22,179 nucleotides of DNA from Octopus sinensis (taxonomy: Eukaryota). The notes beneath the pieces are model-generated. The model was not told the DNA's origin, made no database searches, and saw only the letters and a program-made list of their open reading frames with translations. The position numbers and the translations under genes were made by a program. Positions 10,262 to 20,697 of the stretch are shown here, piece after piece. Every line of letters starts with the position of its first letter. The first letter of the stretch is position 1. Where the stretch lies: positions 1-22,179 of the forward strand of contig NW_021836990.1 in NCBI RefSeq assembly GCF_006345805.1, given 5' to 3'.

Positions 10262-10534
10262 GGATGGGTCGAAACGATCGTCGAACGAAATAAAAGACCA
10301 GTATCAAATCCATCGCACTATTTCCTTAATCATATATATACATATATATATACATACATACATACATGCTAGCAGAGGCACCCGGCGTTGCCAGGGAATG
10401 AAATTGTTCCTTATATATTAGAAGAAAAAAAGTAAAATATGTTGTGTAGAAATTTGTTATTCTAAATTCAATTTATTTTTCAAATTGGATACATGATGAA
10501 ATCAATTCTGAATTCATAATACAGTAATAACAGC

Positions 10535-10619
<85 letters not shown>

Positions 10620-10620
10620 T

Positions 10621-11202
<582 letters not shown>

Positions 11203-11499
11203 TAATAAAGGAAAATGCAAAATTTATGAAGGGCGATAAATTATATCATATATGTTGAATGAAATTACGTAAGAGCTTCTGGGTGAACAATATTGTTTGT
11301 TTTCTGGTTTGGTGCAGAGACAAATATGTGTTGCAAACCACCAACTCTGGAGCAACCACCATAAAGCTGACCATGAGAAAAGCAAGGCTCAATGAAGGGC
11401 AGAGCAGGAGATTTCAAAGTCCACTTGTTGTTCATACACCTGTCTTTGTCTTACGTGTTTTTCTATAGATTCCAACTACACACACACACCACACACACA

Positions 11500-11541
<42 letters not shown>

Positions 11542-12401
11542 GTCTTACTCCTCGAAGCCATACTTTCAAAAAATTTCAGGCCAGGATTTTATCTCAAAAC
11601 ACACCGGACAGAAATGTGTCATGTATACACTCCCCATATACACTCACCATATACACTCACCATATACACATCATGTATAAATGCATGTATGTTTACAGGC
11701 TTTGTGTTGCAAGATGTGTGTCTGTGTTTGTCTCTCCACGCATGACTTAGAGTGCACTGGTGTGCGCGCGTGCGTGCGCTTGACTGATTTGACACCTACC
11801 TTCAGACACCCCCCCCCACACACACACACTCAGTCCGGTGGTCCTGGTTTGTTACCAAGGCAACCAATAGCTGGTGGTGGCTTTGGTATTGGTAGGAGGG
11901 ACGCTCTGTCCGTTATTGATTATCTCGTTGACTCTCAGTCTTACCTCGATGAAGTCAGCATCCCTTCCCCCTCCTCCCCCTTCCCCTCTCTCTATAATCC
12001 ATTATTTTCTTCTGTCATGCGACACACACACACACACACACACACATCTATTCTTGTCACAATTACTCACCGATATTGCAGTTAGTGTTGTTGCTTGTTC
12101 CTGTCTTTTCTTTTATCAACCTTGACTGAGCAGACCTACAGGAGTGTTCCAACTGTGGCCCTCCCGTTCGATATGTGTGTGTGTGTGTGTGGATAAGTCG
12201 GGTTTAACTATCCAACGTTGTTGTTTGAGTTGAGGTGAGCTATTTCTAGCATGTCGAGCTGCCACATAGAGGCTCCCCCAATTGGTTTTCTTTCTCACTA
12301 TAGAATGTGGACGGATAATACCTGGAGGTGCTTTAGGGTTTGGGGTTCGATATCCAGTGACGAAGCTGACTCCCTGACTCTTGTGATGTTTCTTCTGTCA
12401 C

Positions 12402-12449
<48 letters not shown>

Positions 12450-12539
12450 CACCTCAGTCAGAGCTAAGCTGGAGATAAACAAAAACAACAACATAAATTT
12501 AAAGGGGTTCTAGCCATGACCACCCAGTTTGGAGTTAGT

Positions 12540-12746
12540 AAGATCATTAGAAACTCGGGGCAAATGCCTTACTACTTTTGTTCAGGTTCTTTGCATTCTT
12601 GGTTCGAATCCCGCCGTGATCGGTTTTGTCTTTCACGCATTTAGGGTTGATCAGATGAAACAGCAGTCAAATTCGGGGGTCGATTGAATCGAACAACTCC
12701 CCCTCCTCTCAAAATCGCTGGCCTTCTGCCTAAATAAGAAACCGTT
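12540..12746 (+). mobile_element. tRNA-derived SINE, diverged
   Basis: B-box GGTTCGAATCCC at 12601-12612, then TTTCACGCATTTAGGGTTGAT, GGGGTCGATTGAATCG and AAAATCGCTGGCC...AGAAACC. The layout matches the 15241 copy. Confidence 0.7.
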
Positions 12747-12989
12747 TAAGATGGTGGAGTCGTTTGAGCGTCGAAAGAAATGCTTTGTGATATTATTTCC
12801 GACTTTAATCCTGCCAGTATATTGCATAAATACTATATACACTCCCACTGCACGCATGCATTATACACATATACACGCGTTGCACACATGCACTACATAT
12901 GTGCACGTATTGCACATATTACATTCACTGCATATATTGCATTACATTAAGGGGTTCCAATTTGGCAGCCAATTGAAAAACAAAAAAGG

Positions 12990-13990
12990 TTGTTGATCAG
13001 ACAAGGAATATAAGTTAAGCAGAGCAGCATCTACCTCTGCAATCATGTCAGACTTGAAGAGAATATTCCATGAATTGGTGCTGTCAGTAAAGTGAGAGGG
13101 ACGAAGGAATTCTTAAGCAGAATTTTTGGATGATGTTGAGGTTACAGCCATTTGCATTCGATAAGGCCATATCCCGTAATACCTTCGCAATCGTGTTAAT
13201 GCTGGCATCTCAGTCACTTGATTAGACACTTGAAGAGCGACCCACATCTTGGTCAGGAAGATTCCTGGCATGGTTTGTGTTTGACAGCGGAGTAAAGGCC
13301 TTCAGACAAAAACTGACTGAACAGCAAAAAGAGAAATATTGAATATATGAGATGTGTAGGGAACAGTGAAAATAACAACATGCGAAGAGCGGATGATTAG
13401 GTGCTCGTGATTAGGTGCTACGAGTGTACAGCTGCGTCAAGTAAGTGGCTGGGCTTTGGGCTAAGACCTTTGAACAGAAACTTAGCGAAAGAAACATTGG
13501 TCATGTAATAAAAGCTACGCTTGTGAGCAAGAAGACACCAACACCATTGACGAGGTGGCGATAGCAACGTCGCCTTGATCTTGGTAAGATAAATCACATC
13601 GTACACAGAAGAAAACATCTTCGCTATTCAGTAATAGGAAATGGTTGTTTTTCGTAATGATTTCGATGAAAGGCAGAAAGGTGTCTTCATAGGTTCCACA
13701 TTTTGACAGGAAATATCGCTCGTGCTCCACCAATGTGACACAATCATCAACGAGAAGCGCTGAGACGGGTCCACAAGGAAGGAGGACCTGTTTGATATTA
13801 GTGTTGAAAGTAGGTATCGGCTTTCCATGGGGAGGACTGTCCTAGGGACCGGACAAACCAGAGACAGAATTAACCATAATTTTAATAGCAAAGGTCACTG
13901 AGGGAACACAAAAGCAAAAGACGGCTTCAACCACGAGAAGGTTGCTGTGGTTTTCTGCGCAGAGAACAAAAGGGGTGCTGTAGAGGTCAG
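12990..13990 (-). mobile_element. Probable highly decayed non-LTR retrotransposon (CR1/L2/Jockey-like ORF2 3' half), interrupted at 13276-13428
   Basis: Colinear degenerate motifs across frameshifts: FSWLKPSF (cf. LSWIKSFL), IKIMVNSVS, PVPRTVLP (cf. GVPQGTVLGP), ALLVDDC (cf. LFADDC), SHLLDAAV, and LLKNSFVP..NSWNIL (cf. NSFFPRT..WNSL). Each motif is weak by itself, but the order is correct. Confidence 0.45.
13276..13428 (+). repeat. Copy 1 of a local ~140-150-bp direct repeat
   Basis: TGTGTTTGACAGCGGAGTAAAGGCCTTCAG...GATTAGGTGCTACGAGTGTA is nearly identical to 14776-14914. This copy carries an extra internal tandem duplication of GATTAGGTGCT. Confidence 0.92.
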
Positions 13991-14357
13991 CTCACACACA
14001 CACACACACACACACAACACACACACACACACACGACGAATTAATGCGGACCAGACAGCTTTCGTATTATAGCTTCCTTTTTGAATCTATTATTAACTTT
14101 GGTGCACGAGACTTCCTTTCTTTTCTTTCTTTTGTAAAACAAAAAGGATTAGGATTAGCAGATTTACATTTACTTATTCCACACGCGCACACACACACAC
14201 ACACAACTTTATAAAACAAGATGGAATGAAGAAGCTTTAATAAGTAATCACAATTGTTTTTGCGCAATGGTAACAGCTGCTGGTTGCAGTTTTCTATATC
14301 AGACATAAAATATATAAATAGATGTGATTCAGTCATAACTGTGTACCCGCACGTCGT

Positions 14358-14554
14358 CAGGTGAGTGGTTTTGAGAGCACTGCTGGGTCACGTCCAGTTT
14401 TACACACACATACACAGATATATATATGTATATGTATGTATGTGTGTATATATATATAATATATATATATATTATATATATATATTATATATATATATAT
14501 GTATATATATATACATACATATACATACATATATATATATCTGTGTATGTGTAT

Positions 14555-14599
<45 letters not shown>

Positions 14600-14777
14600 A
14601 ATATAATATATATATATATGTATATATATATATGTATATATATATATATACATATACATACATATATATATATCTGTGTATGTGTATATATACATGCATA
14701 TACATACATATATATATCTGTGTATGTGTGTGTAAAACTGGACGTGACTCAGCAGTGCTCTCAAAACCACTCACCTG
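14358..14777. repeat. 420-bp fold-back (inverted repeat) with a TA/TG microsatellite core
   Basis: CAGGTGAGTGGTTTTGAGAGCACTGCTG(G/A)GTCACGTCCAGTTTTACACACACATACACAGATATATATATGTAT is read from 14358 on the + strand and from 14777 on the - strand, with one mismatch over ~70 nt. The ORF track shows near-identical MVLRALL(S/G)[13 protein letters not shown] starts on both strands. Confidence 0.9.
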
Positions 14778-14914
14778 TGTTTGACAGCGGAGTAAAGGCC
14801 TTCAGGCAAAAACTGACTGAACAGCAAAAAGAGAAATATTGAATATATGAGATGCGTAGAGAACAGTGAAAATAATAACATGCGAAGAGCGGATGATTAG
14901 GTGCTACGAGTGTA
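14776..14914 (+). repeat. Copy 2 of the local direct repeat
   Basis: Starts exactly 1500 bp after copy 1 and differs by about 4 substitutions plus the indel. It directly abuts the right arm of the fold-back. Confidence 0.92.
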
Positions 14915-14934
14915 TATATATATATAAATGTGTG

Positions 14935-14968
<34 letters not shown>

Positions 14969-15240
14969 TGTATGTATATACATCTATAATATATTACATT
15001 TATCCATTTGTGTTGCAAGATACACGTCATAGAAGAGCAGAATGAAGTGGAGCAAGAGCGCACACGAAAACGAAGGGGGTCACAGATGTGTAACGAAAGA
15101 CACTGGACATGAGTTAAAATAAGAGCAGTAATAAACGAGTGAAGAGCAAATATACAGTGCGTGTGTTTATTTGGCAAAAAAAAGCGACCGTCCCGAAACA
15201 CAACAATAATAATATAATATAGTATAATATATATGAGAAA

Positions 15241-15462
15241 GGCGGCGGCGTGGTGGCAGAATCGTTAGCACGCCGGGCAAAATGCTTAGTGGCATTTCGT
15301 ACGTCTTTATGGTTTGAGTTCAAATTCCGCTGAGGTCGACTTAGCCTTTCATCCCTTCGGAGTTGATAAAATAAGTACCAGTTGATTACCGGGGCTGATC
15401 TAATCGAAATAACTCCTGCCCTGAAATTGCTGGCCTCGTACCATAATTAGAAACCAATAATA
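15241..15462 (+). mobile_element. tRNA-derived SINE, near full length
   Basis: A-box-like TGGCAGAATCG near 15254 and B-box GAGTTCAAATTCC at 15316-15328. The body GAGGTCGACTTAGCCTTTCATCCCTTCGGAGTTGATAAAATAAGTACCAG and tail GAAATTGCTGGCC...AGAAACC are shared with other copies in the window. Confidence 0.8.
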
Positions 15463-15767
15463 CTACAAGCACATCCCTAACTTTCCGATACCGATGCTCC
15501 GGAACCGCTTCTGATCGTTACTAATTTACAAGCTGGGACTTCGAATTTCTGTGGTCACCAGACAAGTTTACTGGGCGGCCCTATTTCACAGTACTCTGCT
15601 CAGTACGGGGTTAATAAACTTGTATCATTTGCATTAATGGCCAGGTACCGGTATTTCATTTAAGTAAATCTATTTAATTTAGAGGTGACCACATCTGGTT
15701 CGAAAACATCAGCGACCCAGAGCAGGGACCAAAGCTTCTGCAAAATCGGTTTTTTACCGGCATAATA

Positions 15768-15958
15768 TAATGATTTCGAATTTTGGAACAAAGCCAGCAA
15801 TTTCAAGGGAGGGGTAAGATGATTACAGTAATCCCCAGTACATCACTGGTACTTACTTTACCGATCCCAGAAGGATGAAATGCAAAGTCAACGTCAGAAT
15901 GTAAAAATGGTCAAAAGTATTTTGTCCGGCGTGCAAACGATTGTGTTAATTGGCCGCG
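15768..15958 (-). mobile_element. tRNA-derived SINE, same family as 15241-15462, opposite orientation
   Basis: The reverse complement contains TTTCATCCTTCTGGGATCGGTAAAGTAAGTACCAG and GAAATTGCTGGC, matching the copy at 15241. Confidence 0.72.
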
Positions 15959-16109
15959 ACCAAGCTGAAGTCTAAGCTCCTTGTGGCGTGTTTGAATTTT
16001 AGGTGGCTGAGTATACCACGGAGACAGCGCTTAAGCTGAACATAAATTCTCAAGTGGAATCACAACGACAGAAACTGTGAAAGAAAAGGCTAAACTTTTG
16101 AATGATGAG

Positions 16110-16215
16110 AGAGAAGAATCAAACCCAATAGGAGTACTTTATTTATCGACCTCGAAAGGACAAAAGGGCAAAGGTGACCTCCGAGCAATTTGAATTCCGA
16201 TTGTGGAGAGTCGGG
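16110..16215 (-). mobile_element. SINE fragment
   Basis: GTACTTTATTTATCGACCTCGAAAGGACAAAAGGGCAAAGGTGACCTCCG...TTTGAATTC is the reverse complement of the SINE body and B-box. Confidence 0.55.
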
Positions 16216-16579
16216 ATAACACCAGAGATTCTCTCTGACTCTCACGACTCTCAACCCATTGACTGACCGAGTCATGGTCTCCAAGTCCAATGTGGAACTC
16301 GTGACGAAAGAATCCTAAAATCGTTTGACGAAAGGTCCATTGGCTGAGACGAAAATAGGGAAATGATAACTTCTAGAAGTACGAGAACTTTCACAGAAAC
16401 TTCCCCCTTGGATTATTGATTGAGTAAAGTTTTCCAACCGTGACCGTCCCGTCACTTTCTATATCTAGAGCTACACCACTGCGTTCTATTTTTAAAGCAA
16501 TTGTGGGTGGGCTGAAGAAAATTTAGCTGTTATTTCCAGCTTTGGCTCAAAATAATAATGATTCCTTACAAACTGCACA

Positions 16580-16695
16580 GTTCGATGGAGGTGGGCCGAG
16601 TGGAGCGACCCCAGGACTCGATTGGTACGTTATTTTATCAACCACCGGAAGGATGAAAAATAACGACGACCTCAGCGTGATTCGAACTGAGGGCC
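16580..16695 (-). mobile_element. SINE fragment
   Basis: TGGTACGTTATTTTATCAACCACCGGAAGGATGAAAAATAACGACGACCTCAGCGTGATTCGAACT is the reverse complement of the 15241-type body. Confidence 0.6.
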
Positions 16696-17051
16696 TAATC
16701 ATCATCAGTGGCAGCATCACCTCTTATCCCCTCTTCCCCCCCTTCCTCCTCCTCCTATGACTAATTAATTTTTTAAAAAATTACTCGAAATTGTCAACGG
16801 TTGATGATGACTGATGACTGATCATGTTGAGTCAATCCAACCTAAAAAAACTGCGACATTAAAAATATGTTCCTCTTCCCCACCCCCACCACCTTCACCG
16901 CCCCCCCACCTCGTTGATGCTGATGTCTTGTGTTGGTTCAATGGAAATTCCTCCAATGATTCCATTCATTGCCAGACTCATTCCATTGCTCCAATTTCTG
17001 GAGAACAAAAACACAGGTAGCGTCTCTTTAAGCTTCTTAGGAAAGGAAAAC

Positions 17052-17072
17052 ACACACAGACACACATACACA

Positions 17073-17113
<41 letters not shown>

Positions 17114-17370
17114 ACACACAGACACACACACAGACAAACAGACACACCCACACACTCACACACACTCACACAGAGACACAAACATCCACACCCATCCACA
17201 CCCACACACACACACACAAACACTCACACACACACCCCACATCCACCCCCCCACACACACACACTCACACCCACCCACATCCACCCCGCCACACACACAC
17301 TCACACACAGACACAAACATCCACCAACACACACACCCCCACATCCACCCCACCCCCCACTCACACATGA
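17052..17370. repeat. (CA)-rich degenerate microsatellite
   Basis: Direct reading. The unit AGACACAAACATCCAC occurs twice. Confidence 0.93.
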
Positions 17371-17459
17371 CACTCCAAGTCGTGACTGATTCATACATTT
17401 TTTCCTAGAAAAATTCAAGACCTGTCGTTTCTTTTTGTTCTTTTTCCCTTTCTTCGAAT

Positions 17460-17570
17460 CCGACTGGTTTCAGTTTTACCAGGAAAGAGCTTATTTATCG
17501 GACCCCGAAAGGGTAGCAGGCAAAGTTAATCTCGGCGGGATTCGAAATCGGATCACTTTCAAGTCTCCCT
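17460..17570 (-). mobile_element. SINE fragment
   Basis: TTATTTATCGGACCCCGAAAGGGTAGCAGGCAAAGTTAATCTCGGCGGGATTCGAA is the reverse complement of the B-box and body. A related fragment lies at 20295-20350. Confidence 0.6.
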
Positions 17571-17719
17571 ACCCTCTTTTTCTTTATCCTAACGACTCAA
17601 CAACTTATTTAAAACTGGAAGATCGTTTATATAAAGGGGCTTAATTAGTTCTGTAAAAAACACCTGTTTTAATTAAACCGATATATGTGTGTATGTGTGG
17701 GGGGATATATATATATTTC

Positions 17720-17872
17720 ACCCGAAACCTAGCTGTTCGGCAAAAAAAAGACCGATCGAATAAGTACTAGGCTTACAAACAATAAATCCTGGTCGATTTG
17801 TTCGAATAAAGGCGGTGCTCCAGCATGGCCGCAGCCAAATGACTGAAACAAGTAAAACGAAAACAAAAGAAT
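17720..17872 (+). mobile_element. SINE-like 3' portion
   Basis: AATAAGTACTAGGC...GGTCGATTTGTTCG...GGTGCTCCAGCATGGCCGCAGCCAAATGACTGAAACAAGTAAAA plus an A-rich tail. It shares the TAAGTAC and GTCGAT motifs with the other SINEs and resembles a very common Octopus repeat (from memory). Confidence 0.6.
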
Positions 17873-17898
17873 AATCGTTCTTAGTTGTAATGTATTTT

Positions 17899-17932
17899 CA
17901 CACCTGTGTCACAGGTGTGCTGCGCATGCGCG
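17899..17932. promoter_or_regulatory. Palindromic double E-box next to an NRF1-type motif
   Basis: CACACCTGTG-T-CACAGGTGTG (perfect 10-bp arms, CACCTG/CAGGTG) followed after 1 nt by TGCGCATGCGCG, which fits YGCGCAYGCGCR. Function is unproven. Confidence 0.35.
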
Positions 17933-18059
17933 GCATATGTTCTTAATCCTCCCATCCGCATTGTCACTCATCACCTGTCCCCTAATGATCTCCTTAAAGT
18001 CTCTACTTCAATAAACATTCAGCAACCAGCTGCTCTGGGAACCAGTGACGAGGCTACAT

Positions 18060-18475
18060 GAGTCGCTAGGCCTGCTAGAAACAATAGCCAAATTTGTCTT
18101 ATATTGCATTTCTTCGTCTTAGAAAAGGTTTCTGTGGATGACCGGTTCTGGATTTCCTGCGCGGAGAAAAAGATCAGGTGGGGTGGTCATGACACTGGAA
18201 TGCCTTTGATCACGTGTTTGTTCAAAAAGGGTTGACCTGGGTTCAAACAATAGTAACAATCCTTCCTGTTGTATTGGTTAAGAGACTGACACCTCTATGT
18301 TCGTTTGACTAGCTAGAAACAACAACTAAATCAGCCTCAAATCATACGAAATAGTTTTAAAACAAGAGAAGGTACTTTGTATAATGTAGACCGGCGAACA
18401 CTATGGTCAAAAAGATGGGGTGGTCACAGTTGGAATGCATTTACTTGTAATTCTGTTAGGTCATAGTTAACTCGG
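18060..18475 (+). repeat. Two tandem copies of the (AAC)n-tailed repeat
   Basis: CCTGCTAGAAACAATAGCCAAAT...GGTGGTCATGACACTGGAATGCCTTTGATCA...GGGTTGACCTGGGTTCAAACAA, followed by a second CTAGCTAGAAACAAC...GATGGGGTGGTCACAGTTGGAATGC. Confidence 0.65.
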
Positions 18476-18716
18476 TGTATACACCACACACATACACACA
18501 CACGTTTACACTTACACATCCTATATATGTGTGTGTATAAATCTGTATGTATACATATATAAGCGTATATATTAAGCATATATACGTATATACTTATGTC
18601 TATATGTATATACTTATAAAGGTAATCCAAACAAGAAAGCACAAAAAAACAACAACGCGAGGACGTGGAACAAATATAGTATTATTGGACGCTAAGGAAA
18701 GAAGGAAAGAAGGAGG

Positions 18717-18751
18717 GTTTAACGTTTCGAGCGGAGCTCTTTGTCAGAAAC
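18717..18751 (-). ncRNA. Degenerate minimal type I hammerhead ribozyme motif, as found in Penelope-element repeats
   Basis: Minus strand GUUU-CUGACAA-A-GAGC-UCC-GCUC-GAA-ACGU-U-AAAC gives stem I GUUU/AAAC, stem II GAGC/GCUC and a palindromic stem III ACGU. The core carries a G8-to-A deviation from CUGANGA. Confidence 0.55.
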
Positions 18752-18841
18752 ATAGGAGAAGGAAGATCCAGAGAAGGGAAGACAGAGGAAAATCGCCAAC
18801 GGTACACACGCGGTCACATTTTGAATGATATATATATATAT

Positions 18842-18880
<39 letters not shown>

Positions 18881-20193
18881 TACACACATACACACACACG
18901 TTTCTCACACACAGACACACAGACCCACGAGTATGGAAGCTGCGAAGTTCTGTAAATCACCAAAAGGCGCCATGTTTCGTGCTTGACATTTATTAAACAT
19001 TCGTTTCCACTTTTGTTTAAAGTTAATGAAACACACACATACACACACATGCGCACACATGCACACGAATACACAAACACATACATACTCATATCAAGTT
19101 TTCCCTCATATCACCCGGGATGGGGTCCTAAACTAAAGCAGGTACCATTCCCCTCAGCATCTGATACTCATCTTTCTAACAACCTTTTGCTTCCTCCATT
19201 TCCTACAATTGTCTTTCACTAAATGCCTGCAGAGGAATCGATCTCACGACATCTGTTCTGGCTTCTTATCCACCACTTGGTCAGTGCTATTCTATTCTCT
19301 CAATAGAGATCCGACAATCCGATTACGTTTAAGCAACAATCTCGTCCCCGCCGTCTTGCAATCCTCTGCCCCTTATTTGCCTCTCACCCACACCAAACAC
19401 TTTTACTCTCAAATAAGCCTTTCTTTTAAAGCTTTCATCCAAAAATCAATCAAAAAAGACAATCCTGCAACACGCCGCAGCAGGAAGACAAAAATAAAGA
19501 AAGTAAAACAAACCAGATTCGACCTCACACCCCTTACTCCCGCCGCCTTACATAACCTATTGCCTCCCCCACTCCCTTATTAATCAGCTTCCTCTCAACC
19601 ACCTTCTTCCAATCAAATAAATATAAAAATAAAAAAGTCATAATCATTATTTTCACATGCTTCAGAGATTAAACGATTAGAATTTAAAAGAAATACTAAC
19701 AATTAAATAATAAAAAAAAAAGCTCAGAAAATCCGCAGACCTACATATAGCTCGTCCCCTGCCCTTGCCCTTTATTCCACGCCCCCCCTCTTTAAGGTTT
19801 AATGATTTTTATGTGTTTTGTAAGTTTATTTATTTAATCAAAAGTTTCTGTTTTTTTCTTTTCTTTTAGCAGACAATAAAATCCGGATAAAAACAGTGGA
19901 AGTGAGAAGACGGGGGTGGGGGCGGTGGTGGTGGTGGTGGTTGGTGGTGGTGGTGGTGGTGGTGGTAGTGGTGCTCGTGGTAGAAGGTTATAGAGTGGAG
20001 TCTTCGTCGGTTTCGACGATCAGTATTCAATTGTTTGACCAATTGAACTGCTGCTGACTCGTGAAATCTACGTGGACGTGGCTGAGTGCTCCACAGACAC
20101 GAGTAACCGAAACGGAATTTTCAGGTAGAACCAGCGTCACAAAGTGTGTGACAAGGGCGGGCTTTTGGGATTACAGGTAGAATAGAGAGACGG

Positions 20194-20282
20194 GAAGAAG
20201 AAGAAGAAGAAGAAGAAGAAGAAGAAGAGAAGAAGAAGAAGAAGAAGAAGAAGAAGAAGAAGAAGAAGAAGAAGAAGAAGAA
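20194..20282. repeat. (GAA)n microsatellite
   Basis: Direct reading. There is one 1-nt slippage near 20228. Confidence 0.97.
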
Positions 20283-20449
20283 TCGACTCTTGTACTACCA
20301 GGAAGGAGCTTATTTATCGGTCCCGAAAGGGTGGGGGACAAAGAGTCGGGGGTGTCAGTGAGAGGAGAGAGAGAGAGAGAAAGGGAAGGAGAGACAGAGG
20401 GAAGGGGAAAGAGTGTGAGGGAGAGTAGGAAATCGATGACGTTGAATCA

Positions 20450-20560
20450 GAATCTTTAGCGCGTCGAACAAAATGCTTGGTAGTATTCTTTCTTACTCTT
20501 TATACGTTCTGAGTTCAAATTTCCGCAAGGTCGACTTTGCGCTTTTCACCCTTTCGGGAA
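20450..20560 (+). mobile_element. SINE head fragment
   Basis: GAATCTTTAGCGCGTCGAACAAAATGCTTGGTAG...TTCTGAGTTCAAATTTCCGCAAGGTCGACTTTG aligns with the 15241 copy. Confidence 0.65.
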
Positions 20561-20631
20561 CAAAAAGAAATAAAGAAGCATTTGAAGAGAGGGCGGAGGT
20601 GGAATTCATAGCTATGAAACGACGACAAATA

Positions 20632-20653
20632 TGACGATGATGATGATGATGAC

Positions 20654-20697
<44 letters not shown>

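Noticed and set aside
9369-10313. 314-aa ORF as a single gene
   Set aside because: Only 9938-9717 is HSPA12-like and bounded by splice sites. The rest is TA/GATA repeat translation.
11830-11960. Possible upstream HSPA12 exon (NTKATTS resembling KTPT; GAG|GTAAGA site)
   Set aside because: In-frame stop after WLPW, no suitable acceptor, the donor lies on the wrong side, and there are no HSPA12 motifs.
13276-13310. Possible hammerhead in the direct-repeat unit (minus strand CTGAAGGCC...GTCAAACAC)
   Set aside because: The CUGANGA and GAAA cores are incomplete and no stem II can be formed.
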